Shown in pieces: positions 23,552-32,398 of a stretch of 52,300 nucleotides of DNA (positions are counted from its first letter, which is position 1; every line of letters begins with the position of its first letter). The notes beneath the pieces are model-generated. The model saw only the letters and a program-made list of their open reading frames with translations. It did not search any database and had not been told where the DNA came from. This DNA is from Girardia tigrina (lineage: Eukaryota), in the NCBI GenBank assembly GCA_001938485.1, contig MQRK01170560.1:76142-128441 (forward strand), written 5' to 3'. The translations under genes and the position numbers were made by a program.

Positions 23552-24373
23552 ATGGGTGAACGAAGTAGATTTTCAACGACTTTTACAATATCATCCGCGA
23601 AATCGGAAATCAAAGTCCAGTTGCCTGTTGAATTGAATTTGAATCCTAATTTTAAATACGAAATCGGATTGGTCTGGTTTTCAACTTATAATACTGTTAC
23701 AAATGTTACTGAAACGAATAATGAATTTACTTTGGTGTATAATGGAAAAGAATTTCCAGCTGATAAAAAATTCAAAAATGTGAAAAAGAAAGATGATACT
23801 GAATCTGTTTATGTAGAATTAAAACTGAAACCAGGATCAAAGGGATACAAGGAAATCAATGAAGAAATTGAAAAACTGACTCAAGGAGCAATCAAAGTGA
23901 AAACTGATGAGAAAACCGCCAAGTCAATAATGTTTATTTCCGATGGTTTTGAAGTGGAATATGAAGATAAATCATTCCTGCATTCGATGCATGGATTTGC
24001 AGGTAAAAATATTGTAGATCCAATAAAAGGTCTCGAATCGAAATTTACTTTTCAGATAACGGATATAAATATTTGTAATATCGATTGTAATATTGCTAAT
24101 GGTGGATACGTTTCGAGCGAAGATGGTGTGGAAAATAAAAGTATTAACGAAAGCGTGCGTAACTCTAATATTATTTATTCGTTTCCGGCGTTTACAGTTC
24201 CAATCGGATACAAGATTTTAGAGCGGCCAGCATTTGTAACTTACTATCCCGTTTACATTTATCAAATAAATGATTTCACTGTGAGAATTATTGATAATAA
24301 GGGACGTCTAATAGATTTCAAAAATGAGAAAATAAATATGTGCTTGCGGTTGAGACAAATAATGGAAAAATGA
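23552..24373 (+). CDS. Minor capsid protein (penton-like, PX)
   Basis: YEIGLVWFSTYNT..NV, IDCNI..GY, IIYSF..VPIGYKI.E.P, YYPV, IIDNKGRLIDF. Confidence 0.9.
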   Translation: MGERSRFSTTFTISSAKSEIKVQLPVELNLNPNFKYEIGLVWFSTYNTVTNVTETNNEFTLVYNGKEFPADKKFKNVKKKDDTESVYVELKLKPGSKGYKEINEEIEKLTQGAIKVKTDEKTAKSIMFISDGFEVEYEDKSFLHSMHGFAGKNIVDPIKGLESKFTFQITDINICNIDCNIANGGYVSSEDGVENKSINESVRNSNIIYSFPAFTVPIGYKILERPAFVTYYPVYIYQINDFTVRIIDNKGRLIDFKNEKINMCLRLRQIMEK

Positions 24374-24457
24374 GAAGAATTATATTATAAAAATGATAGA
24401 ATTTGGTGACCCGAAGGGTAAAGAATTCTATCTTGCTATAAAAATTTTTTTATAAAA

Positions 24458-24937
24458 ATGATAGAATTCTTTACTTTGGAAGACATAATGATGATGTTCG
24501 GAGTTGATACTTCAACGAATGTGCAACTTGAAGATTGGGCAAAAAAATTAAAAATTGAAATACAAGTCTTGATGGCGGATGAGGTTGATGAAAAATTAAA
24601 ACAGAAAAAACTATCAATAATAAATTACCAGGATTCAGATGAGGAGGGAAGTCATTGGGTAGGATTTTATAATGGGGATAAAGAATTTGAGAAGGAATCT
24701 TTAAAGGAACCAGTATCTTACTACTTTGATCCGTATGGAATAGAGCCTTTACCTGATTTTTATAAATGTATATATAATAGCGTACAAGTACAACCCTTTG
24801 GAACGAGACTATGTGGTCAATTGAGTTTATATTTTTTATTTAAAATGAATCAGTGTGTATGTGGTAATAAGGCACAAAAGTTTGATGATATAATTGAGGA
24901 AATGTTAGATTGTTTATGGCCTGAAACTCTTTTATAA
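24458..24937 (+). CDS. Adenain-like maturation cysteine protease
   Basis: GSHWV (His), YYFDPYG (Asp), QVQ..LCG (Gln, Cys). Confidence 0.93.
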   Translation: MIEFFTLEDIMMMFGVDTSTNVQLEDWAKKLKIEIQVLMADEVDEKLKQKKLSIINYQDSDEEGSHWVGFYNGDKEFEKESLKEPVSYYFDPYGIEPLPDFYKCIYNSVQVQPFGTRLCGQLSLYFLFKMNQCVCGNKAQKFDDIIEEMLDCLWPETLL

Positions 24938-24992
24938 TAGTATTGTAATTGTAAATATTTTTGTTCTCTAAAAGAAAAAAATATTTACAAAA

Positions 24993-26726
24993 ATGAATAC
25001 TTATATTCCTGTGAATAAATTGGGAATGATGATGCAGATTGGAGGAATGAAAGAAGAGAAAATAAATGAAAAAATTGAAGCGAGTAAACGGATAATATTT
25101 TCAGAATCGGATAGGAGATATATGAATACAGAAAAAATTAATGAAACTATAGAGGTGAATAATAAAAAGTTAGATAAGATATTTGTGAATGAGCAGGGAA
25201 ATGATGATGTTGAATCAATGCGAGTAAAAAATTCATTAATTGTTAAAGATAAAGATATTTATCAGGAAATAGATTCAATAAATAAATTTAAAAAATTTGT
25301 CATCAATCCATTGAATAAAAATGTTATTGAGAATACGAAAAAGATTGATAATATTAAAGAGAATATTAAACAGAATATTCTTGAAAAAATTAATGACGAT
25401 ATTGAAAAGATAAAACAGAATATTCTTGAAAAAATTAATGGGGATATTGAAAAGATAAAACAGAATATTCTTGAAAAAATTAATGGTGATATTGAAAAGA
25501 TTAAACAGAATATTCTAGAAAAAATTAATGGGAATATTAATGAAAAAATAAAAATAATAAATAAAGATATTCTGGAAGTGAGGAATTCGATAACGGAGGA
25601 GAAAAACCTATTTGGTAATTTGAAAATAAGTGCTAATATTAGTTATTCAGAAGAAATAATATTTTATGAAGATAAAATAAAAAAATTAGAAAAATCTATT
25701 AAATTTATAGCAAAAATAACAAAAAGAATTAATTTCTTTATCCCAAAAGTAAATGAGAAAATAAAACGAGAAGAAATTGATGATGCAACCTTACAAAAAA
25801 ATAATATTGAGAATATAATTAAAAATTTAACATTAAAACATTTAATTATATTAACTTTTTTATTATATTATGGTCTTGATAAAGAAAATGAAATTAATTA
25901 TTATTTCATGAAAAGTGAAAAATATGAAGAAATGAGAGAAAATTTCTATATTATAAATAAAGAATTATTGAGTGCGATAAATTATAGGAAAAATAAATAT
26001 ACTGAAAATTATAAGGATGAAGAAGATTATAAGGATAAAATGGAAATAACTGATTTAATTAGAATAAAAGATCGTGATAAAGAAATTTTTACATTTGATA
26101 AAAATTTTATAGAAAAAGATGATTTCTTTAAAAATAATTTTTTTACTTTTTCAATTTACATTCAGAAATTAAAAGAAAAAATAAAAGAAAAATATTATAA
26201 AGAAATTATTTTAAAGAAAAGAATTGAAAAATTAAATTCATCTGATTCTGAATCGATGTATATAAATTTCTATTTGAAAAATAAAGTGGAAAGACTGGAA
26301 GCTCGATTGCGGACATTGGAGCAACATTTGAATAAAAATACCCATGAAATAATTGATCATAGGGAACAGACAAATGAAATTATTTTTCAAAAATTTGTTA
26401 ATAAATTCATTTCGAATTCATTGTTGAATGTTGAAGAATCAAAAATTATTGAATACACATTTGTTGAAATATTTGAAATGCAAATATATAAATTTATTGT
26501 AAATCTGTATGATAAAAATTATAAAATTGAAAAAGTTATCCAGTTGACAAATATTAATTTATATGGGAATTGGGAAATTAAGAATAAAAAATATTATGTT
26601 ATATTCAATAATACGATTAATAAGTATTATGTTTTTCAAAATTTTATATTTTATTATTATTTCTTTTTCAAATGGAAATATGTTGTAAATACTTTCGAAG
26701 TAAAAAAGGAATTGATAAGAAAATGA
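24993..26726 (+). CDS. Polinton 577-aa coiled-coil protein with 15-aa repeats
   Basis: Long ORF with IKQNILEKINGDIEK repeated ~4 times; function unknown. Confidence 0.75.
   Translation: MNTYIPVNKLGMMMQIGGMKEEKINEKIEASKRIIFSESDRRYMNTEKINETIEVNNKKLDKIFVNEQGNDDVESMRVKNSLIVKDKDIYQEIDSINKFKKFVINPLNKNVIENTKKIDNIKENIKQNILEKINDDIEKIKQNILEKINGDIEKIKQNILEKINGDIEKIKQNILEKINGNINEKIKIINKDILEVRNSITEEKNLFGNLKISANISYSEEIIFYEDKIKKLEKSIKFIAKITKRINFFIPKVNEKIKREEIDDATLQKNNIENIIKNLTLKHLIILTFLLYYGLDKENEINYYFMKSEKYEEMRENFYIINKELLSAINYRKNKYTENYKDEEDYKDKMEITDLIRIKDRDKEIFTFDKNFIEKDDFFKNNFFTFSIYIQKLKEKIKEKYYKEIILKKRIEKLNSSDSESMYINFYLKNKVERLEARLRTLEQHLNKNTHEIIDHREQTNEIIFQKFVNKFISNSLLNVEESKIIEYTFVEIFEMQIYKFIVNLYDKNYKIEKVIQLTNINLYGNWEIKNKKYYVIFNNTINKYYVFQNFIFYYYFFFKWKYVVNTFEVKKELIRK
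25365..25540 (+). repeat. 45-bp coding minisatellite, ~4 copies
   Basis: ATwAAACAGAATATTCTwGAAAAAATTAATG..GATATTGAAAAG. Confidence 0.93.
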
Positions 26727-27370
26727 GTGACGAATTGAAAACTTCTGTGGAAGACACTGTTTCGTATCCTGATTTGTACATGGAAGAATTTATGTTAAAA
26801 TATAAACAAAAAGAGGAAACTCCCGAAAATTATAAAAAAGAATTGAATACTTTACATGTGCAGTATTTCAAGAAAGATTTGGAATATTTAAGTGAGCATA
26901 TTGCCCATTATCAAAAATTACATAAGAGATGGAAAAGAATTGCTATAACAGTAAAATATTGTAATGGGATATTAACTTTTGTTGGATCTGTTGGAGCAAT
27001 AATTGTTGTTTCCATTTCAACTTTGGGAACTTTAACAATTCCATTAACTGCTGCTTTTGCTGGATTGGGAGTTTTATCAAATATTGGAGATAATGGCGCT
27101 AATTTAATAACTTTGAAAAAATTGAAAAAATATCGAAATTATTTACGGGAATTGGAAAAGACCAATGATGAATTATTTATGTTTCATAAGAAAGCATTGA
27201 GTGATAATTTGATAACTGATGACGAGTTAAAAATGAGTAAAGATATTTTGGAGAAGTGTAAAATAAATATTGGAAAATTAAATGACGGACAAAAAAGAGA
27301 AGATAAAACGAATACGTTAATTACAAATGATCATTTGGAAAAGTTGAGAACTTTATTAGAGAAATTATAA
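26723..27370 (+). CDS. Membrane-hairpin protein (possibly GasderminX-like)
   Basis: ATGA overlap with the upstream stop; ~45-aa hydrophobic hairpin between basic helices; KALSDNLITDDE motif. Confidence 0.7.
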   Translation: MSDELKTSVEDTVSYPDLYMEEFMLKYKQKEETPENYKKELNTLHVQYFKKDLEYLSEHIAHYQKLHKRWKRIAITVKYCNGILTFVGSVGAIIVVSISTLGTLTIPLTAAFAGLGVLSNIGDNGANLITLKKLKKYRNYLRELEKTNDELFMFHKKALSDNLITDDELKMSKDILEKCKINIGKLNDGQKREDKTNTLITNDHLEKLRTLLEKL

Positions 27371-27391
27371 TAATTTAAAATAATAAAAAAA

Positions 27392-27652
27392 ATGGAGAAA
27401 GAAAAATTTATTTGTGATGTATGCAATTTTAAAGGTTTAATACAAAATAAACAGAGACATTTGGATAGTAAAAAACACCATGTAAAATCGAACTTTGAAA
27501 AAGTTTATCAAGCTGTTAATTCTAATAATGAATATATACCGAATACAGAAAATAATAGTAATTCCGATACTGAATATATACCGAATACAGAAAATAATAA
27601 TAGTAATACCGATCCTGATTATATACCGAGTAATTATTCCGATACTGAATAA
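27392..27652 (+). CDS. Small C2H2 zinc-finger protein with repeated acidic tail
   Basis: CDVC..KQRHLDSKKH; EYIPNTENN repeats. Confidence 0.75.
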   Translation: MEKEKFICDVCNFKGLIQNKQRHLDSKKHHVKSNFEKVYQAVNSNNEYIPNTENNSNSDTEYIPNTENNNSNTDPDYIPSNYSDTE

Positions 27653-27810
27653 AAAAAATTTAAATGACTTTAAATAATCTAATGTTTTTATTAATTTGTT
27701 AGTCTGATAAATAATTTTATTTTTTAATTTCACAATGGCAATAAAAATAATAACCAATAGCTATTTGGCACCCGATTTTTTTTCCAATGCTATAATATTT
27801 TTTAACAAAA

Positions 27811-30800
27811 ATGAGTATAAAATTTTTACACAAGATAAGTTTAAGAAGGAGATCGCGAAAATTTGATATTTGGGATGAGGAGAGTTTAAATTTAGAGTGG
27901 TTATTCTGTGAGACTGAAATAAATATTAGAGAGGATATCGATTTCAGTATTGATGTTAATGATGATGAGGAAATTGAAACAGATACCGAATCTAATAATA
28001 TTCCGCCAAATATTATTGGAGGAGATATCGATTTCAATTTTGAGGATGATAGTAACGATGAAGATTTTGTTATAAAAATAAATAATAAAAAAAAATTAGA
28101 CGAAGAGGAAATGAGTATAGATAATGATTGCGAATCTTTAGATGGAAATAATATTGTAAATGAAAATCCATTGTATTGTACATATTGTAGAAAACATTTT
28201 AAAAATAAATCTGGAATTGGTTCACATAATAGAAGTATACAACATATAAGAAACGTAAATCTTCAAAGAATTGAAGGAGAAGGAATTGGAGAAGATGAAA
28301 ACATGGAAATAGTTGAAAATGACGAATGTTCATATCTGATAAATCGGTTTCCAAAATCAGAAAATAAATTTGTTATTGATAAAGAGGATGTAAAATATTT
28401 AATTAATATTTTAAAAAATCAGAAAAAGAAAATGCCCTATAAATTAGAATTATCCGCTTCTGTTATTTATGAAAGGAAAACACAAATTGATCCCAATACA
28501 AAGACTTATGAAGAATGTTTTCCAGTATTTAAAAATTCAAAGTCAAAAACTATACGAACGAGATCGGATTTACAGTCATTTGTTAATGAATCATATATGG
28601 AGGTAAATGAAGGAATCAGTGATCATATGCAAGGACCTTCTGATTTATCAGTGAAACGGGTAGAAACTTTAACACTAATACGGATGAATTATACAAATGC
28701 TATTTCAGGTGTTTATTTTAAATTTCCTAAAAATATTGAAAATTCTCATACGATTATTAATATTCAAAACCAGGATGATAAATGTTTTCTCTGGTGTTTC
28801 ATTCAATACCATAAATGGGAAGAAGTGAGAAATTTAATTAATAGAAATAGAGTTTCTATTTATAAGAATATATATTATGAGAATAAAGAATATTATGATT
28901 TAATATTTAAAGATATTAAATTTCCTGCAACACTAGATGATTTTAAACAATTCAATAAACAACAAACTGATGATTATAATCTTGTTAATATTTTTAATTG
29001 TAATGAAAAAGGGGAATTAAATTGTATTCTACTTTCACATTTAAATACTAAAGGATTTAATATAATTCAATATACAAAAAATAAAATTTCACATTTAGTT
29101 TATTGTAGAGATTTAGCAACTTTATTNNNNNNNGATAATAATGGAAATAGAAAAGAATTATGTTTAAACTGTTTATGTTTTTTTACAACAAAAATAGGAT
29201 TTAAAAAACATGTGGAAAATTGTTTAGAAAATAAACCAACGAAAGCGGTATTCCCAAAAAAGGAATATTATTATTTTGAAAAATGGGAATATAAGAATAG
29301 AGTTCCATTTGTAATCTATAGTGATTTTGAAGCTGCAAATTATCGATTAGAAAATTTTAAGAATGAATTCATGGAAACATCAACAACAGATTTTATTAAT
29401 TTCAATGAGGTTACTCCCCCAGAGATTAAAGATACTGAAAAAATAAAATATGATGTTAGGCAGAAAGCAATTTCAAATGGAGTATATTTTCATTCGGATA
29501 TTCCTGAAATTGAGGAAAGTTATTATCGAGAATTCATTGGAGAAGATGTTATTACACAATATATTAATTATATAATGGAAATTAATGAAAAATATACTAA
29601 GATATTTGCAGAGAGAAACATTCCTTTGGAAATGACTCCAGAACAGGAAGAAGATTTTCAAAATGCAGAAGTTTGTCATTATTGCGGAGAAAAATTTGAA
29701 GAATATAAAGTTAGAGATCATAATCACTTAACAAGGGAATATAGAGGAGCTTCGCATAATATTTGTAATCTGAATGCAAAACAAATTAATTTCATACCAC
29801 TATTTTTTTTCAATGGAGCGAAATACGATACGCATTTATTCTTTAAAGATTTGTTTATTAAATGTAATGAGATGAATATTGAAACAAGCGTTTTACCAAA
29901 AACATCTGAAGATTATATAAGTTTTCAAATCGGATGTATAAGATTTTTAGATGCAAGAAAATTTGGAGATGGATCTTCACTACAAAATTGTACAAGCAAA
30001 TTAAAAAAAGAAGAATGTAAGATTTTATCTGAAAATAATTTATTATTTTTATCAAATCCTCATGAACTAGATCCAACAAAACATATATATGCTCCTAAAA
30101 AAGGAATATTTCCATATAGTTATTTAACTGGAAATAACTATCAAGATATTAAAAAGAAATTAAAAGAAAAGAGATTACCTCCACATTGTGAATTTTTTGA
30201 TATATTATCACAGAAAAATATTTCCGAAGCAGAATATAAAATAGCAAAAGAGAATTGGAAGGATTTGAAATGTAAAAATTTACAAGATTATATGATGCAG
30301 TATATGAAAACAGATGTAATATTATTGGCTGACTTCTTTGAAAATTTTCGTAAAATGTGTATGGAATATTTTCAGATAGATCCATGTTATGGATTTTCAA
30401 CTCCTGGTTTAACATGGATGTTTGGTATGAAATTTACTGGTATAAAATTAAAATATTTTAAAGAAGATACATATGATATGTTATTATTTTTTGAGGAAGG
30501 AACAAGAGGAGGATTTTCAGGGGTATTAGGAAATAGATTTGCAAAAGCTAATAATCCACAAGTTGATAAGAATTTTAATGAGTATATTTCCACTTCAATT
30601 GATTTCTTTAGACAGTTTTATAATGATTATATTGAATGTGAAAATAAGGAAAATTTTGATTTTGAAATATATAAAACGGATAATTGGGAATATAATTTAA
30701 TTATTGAAGAATTTAAAATGATAAAAAATAAAGAGAATTTTAATTTTAATAAATTTTTCCGTGAAAGTTATATATTCTATTTAGATGCGAATTCATTATA

Positions 30801-32022
30801 TGCGGCTGCAATGACATATTTTTTACCAACAGGAGAAATGAGATGGTGTAAAAGATTAACATATAGAAAATCGAGAGAAAACAGTAATTATGGATATGTT
30901 TATGAAGTGGATCTGGAATATCCAGATTCCATAAAGAAAAAATCATTCTATTACCCCTTTTGCCCTGAAAGAATTATTCCGAAAATCCCAATAGAAAGAA
31001 TGAGTAATTATGAAAAAATGGTTTTCCCACAAAAATATTCAACAAATACAGAAAAATTAACACTGAATTTTCTCGATAAAGAAAATTATATTGTTGAAGG
31101 ACGAACTTTGGACTTTTATTTAGAACAAGGGATTAAAATAAAAAAGATACATAGGAAATTGAAATATGAAAAATCTCCATGGTTGAAACCATATATCGAA
31201 TTTAATATTGAAAAACGAAAAGAAGCTAAACAAAAAAAAGATTCATTTGGTGATTTCTTCTTTAAGTTGTTGAATAACGCTTTCTATGGAAAAACATTGG
31301 AAAATGTGCGAAATCATTGTAATATTAAAATAGTAAATAATGGAAAATATTTTAAAAAATTAGTTGGTAAACCAGAATTTAAATCTATACATCCTTTCTC
31401 AAAAAATCTTTGTGCACTTGAAATGTTTAAATCAAAAATATATTTTAATAAATTTAATTATATAGGGTTTACAGTTTTGGAAATATCTAAACTGATTATG
31501 TATGATTTCGCTTATAATACTCTTCATCGAATTTGGGATTTTGAATCTGATAAAATTCAAATGCACTATAGTGATACCGATTCATTATTTGTGCAGATAT
31601 ATGATAACTTGGAAAATATAAATAATAAATTAAAAGATTATGTACATCCAACTGATTTAGGGAAATTTAAAGATGAATTGGAAAGAGGGCAATTTATTCA
31701 ATATTTATTAGCTATAAAATCTAAAGATTACTCCTATAGAATAATAGAAAATTTAAATAAATCAATTGATAAGAATAAGAATAAAGGGGTAAAAAAAGAT
31801 GAAATAAATTTTGAAAATAGAATAAATGTTTTATTTAATAATGAAACTATTGATATAAAAAATTATAGTATAAAATCAGTAAACCATGAATTAAATATTA
31901 TACATACAAATAAAAAAGGAACTTCTGGATATGACAATAAAAGACGATATTATAAAAACTCTATAAATTCTTTTCCGCATGGATATAATCCTCAAGAATT
32001 ATTCGATACTTATAACTTATAA
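27811..32022 (+). CDS. Protein-primed family B DNA polymerase (pPolB)
   Basis: ExoI YSDFE, ExoII FNGAKYD, ExoIII YMKTDV; PolA YLDANSLY, PolB KLLNNAFYGK, PolC YSDTDS. Also C2H2 finger, DDKCFLWC (OTU-like) and an EndoVII/HNH insert. 7-N gap near 29127. Confidence 0.97.
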   Translation: MSIKFLHKISLRRRSRKFDIWDEESLNLEWLFCETEINIREDIDFSIDVNDDEEIETDTESNNIPPNIIGGDIDFNFEDDSNDEDFVIKINNKKKLDEEEMSIDNDCESLDGNNIVNENPLYCTYCRKHFKNKSGIGSHNRSIQHIRNVNLQRIEGEGIGEDENMEIVENDECSYLINRFPKSENKFVIDKEDVKYLINILKNQKKKMPYKLELSASVIYERKTQIDPNTKTYEECFPVFKNSKSKTIRTRSDLQSFVNESYMEVNEGISDHMQGPSDLSVKRVETLTLIRMNYTNAISGVYFKFPKNIENSHTIINIQNQDDKCFLWCFIQYHKWEEVRNLINRNRVSIYKNIYYENKEYYDLIFKDIKFPATLDDFKQFNKQQTDDYNLVNIFNCNEKGELNCILLSHLNTKGFNIIQYTKNKISHLVYCRDLATLXXXDNNGNRKELCLNCLCFFTTKIGFKKHVENCLENKPTKAVFPKKEYYYFEKWEYKNRVPFVIYSDFEAANYRLENFKNEFMETSTTDFINFNEVTPPEIKDTEKIKYDVRQKAISNGVYFHSDIPEIEESYYREFIGEDVITQYINYIMEINEKYTKIFAERNIPLEMTPEQEEDFQNAEVCHYCGEKFEEYKVRDHNHLTREYRGASHNICNLNAKQINFIPLFFFNGAKYDTHLFFKDLFIKCNEMNIETSVLPKTSEDYISFQIGCIRFLDARKFGDGSSLQNCTSKLKKEECKILSENNLLFLSNPHELDPTKHIYAPKKGIFPYSYLTGNNYQDIKKKLKEKRLPPHCEFFDILSQKNISEAEYKIAKENWKDLKCKNLQDYMMQYMKTDVILLADFFENFRKMCMEYFQIDPCYGFSTPGLTWMFGMKFTGIKLKYFKEDTYDMLLFFEEGTRGGFSGVLGNRFAKANNPQVDKNFNEYISTSIDFFRQFYNDYIECENKENFDFEIYKTDNWEYNLIIEEFKMIKNKENFNFNKFFRESYIFYLDANSLYAAAMTYFLPTGEMRWCKRLTYRKSRENSNYGYVYEVDLEYPDSIKKKSFYYPFCPERIIPKIPIERMSNYEKMVFPQKYSTNTEKLTLNFLDKENYIVEGRTLDFYLEQGIKIKKIHRKLKYEKSPWLKPYIEFNIEKRKEAKQKKDSFGDFFFKLLNNAFYGKTLENVRNHCNIKIVNNGKYFKKLVGKPEFKSIHPFSKNLCALEMFKSKIYFNKFNYIGFTVLEISKLIMYDFAYNTLHRIWDFESDKIQMHYSDTDSLFVQIYDNLENINNKLKDYVHPTDLGKFKDELERGQFIQYLLAIKSKDYSYRIIENLNKSIDKNKNKGVKKDEINFENRINVLFNNETIDIKNYSIKSVNHELNIIHTNKKGTSGYDNKRRYYKNSINSFPHGYNPQELFDTYNL

Positions 32023-32122
32023 TTTTTTATTTAAAAAACAAAATTTTTTATTTTAAAAAAATAATTTTTATCGTGAAAACATAATTTTTATTTTAAATTA
32101 CTTATATACTTATAAACCAATC

Positions 32123-32398
32123 AGCCATACTACGGTATGGCTTTTTGGTATCCACTTTTTTTCTTCGAGTTCTCATTTTTGTTATAAATAATATGACTTT
32201 TTGAATATTATATGCGTTTTATCAATATTTTTTTCGATTTTTTGAATTTTTATAGTGTTTTATCGATAAAATATTAGATTTATTGAATATTATATACGTT
32301 TTATCGATAAAAAATATCGATTTTTAATAATTCTCAAAAAGGTGCGAAAAACGCTATTTTTGAAGGGTCTGATCAATCCGAGTAATTTCTATACTTCT
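32123..32398 (-). repeat. Polinton right TIR
   Basis: Inverted copy of 15261-15539. Confidence 0.97.

Larger units (their letters stand above)
15261..32398 (+). mobile_element. Polinton/Maverick (adintovirus-like endogenous virus), 17,138 bp
   Basis: AG...CT termini, ~280-bp TIRs, 6-bp TSD CCCATT (15255-15260, 32399-32404); ATPase, integrase, MCP, mCP, protease and pPolB genes. Confidence 0.98.
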
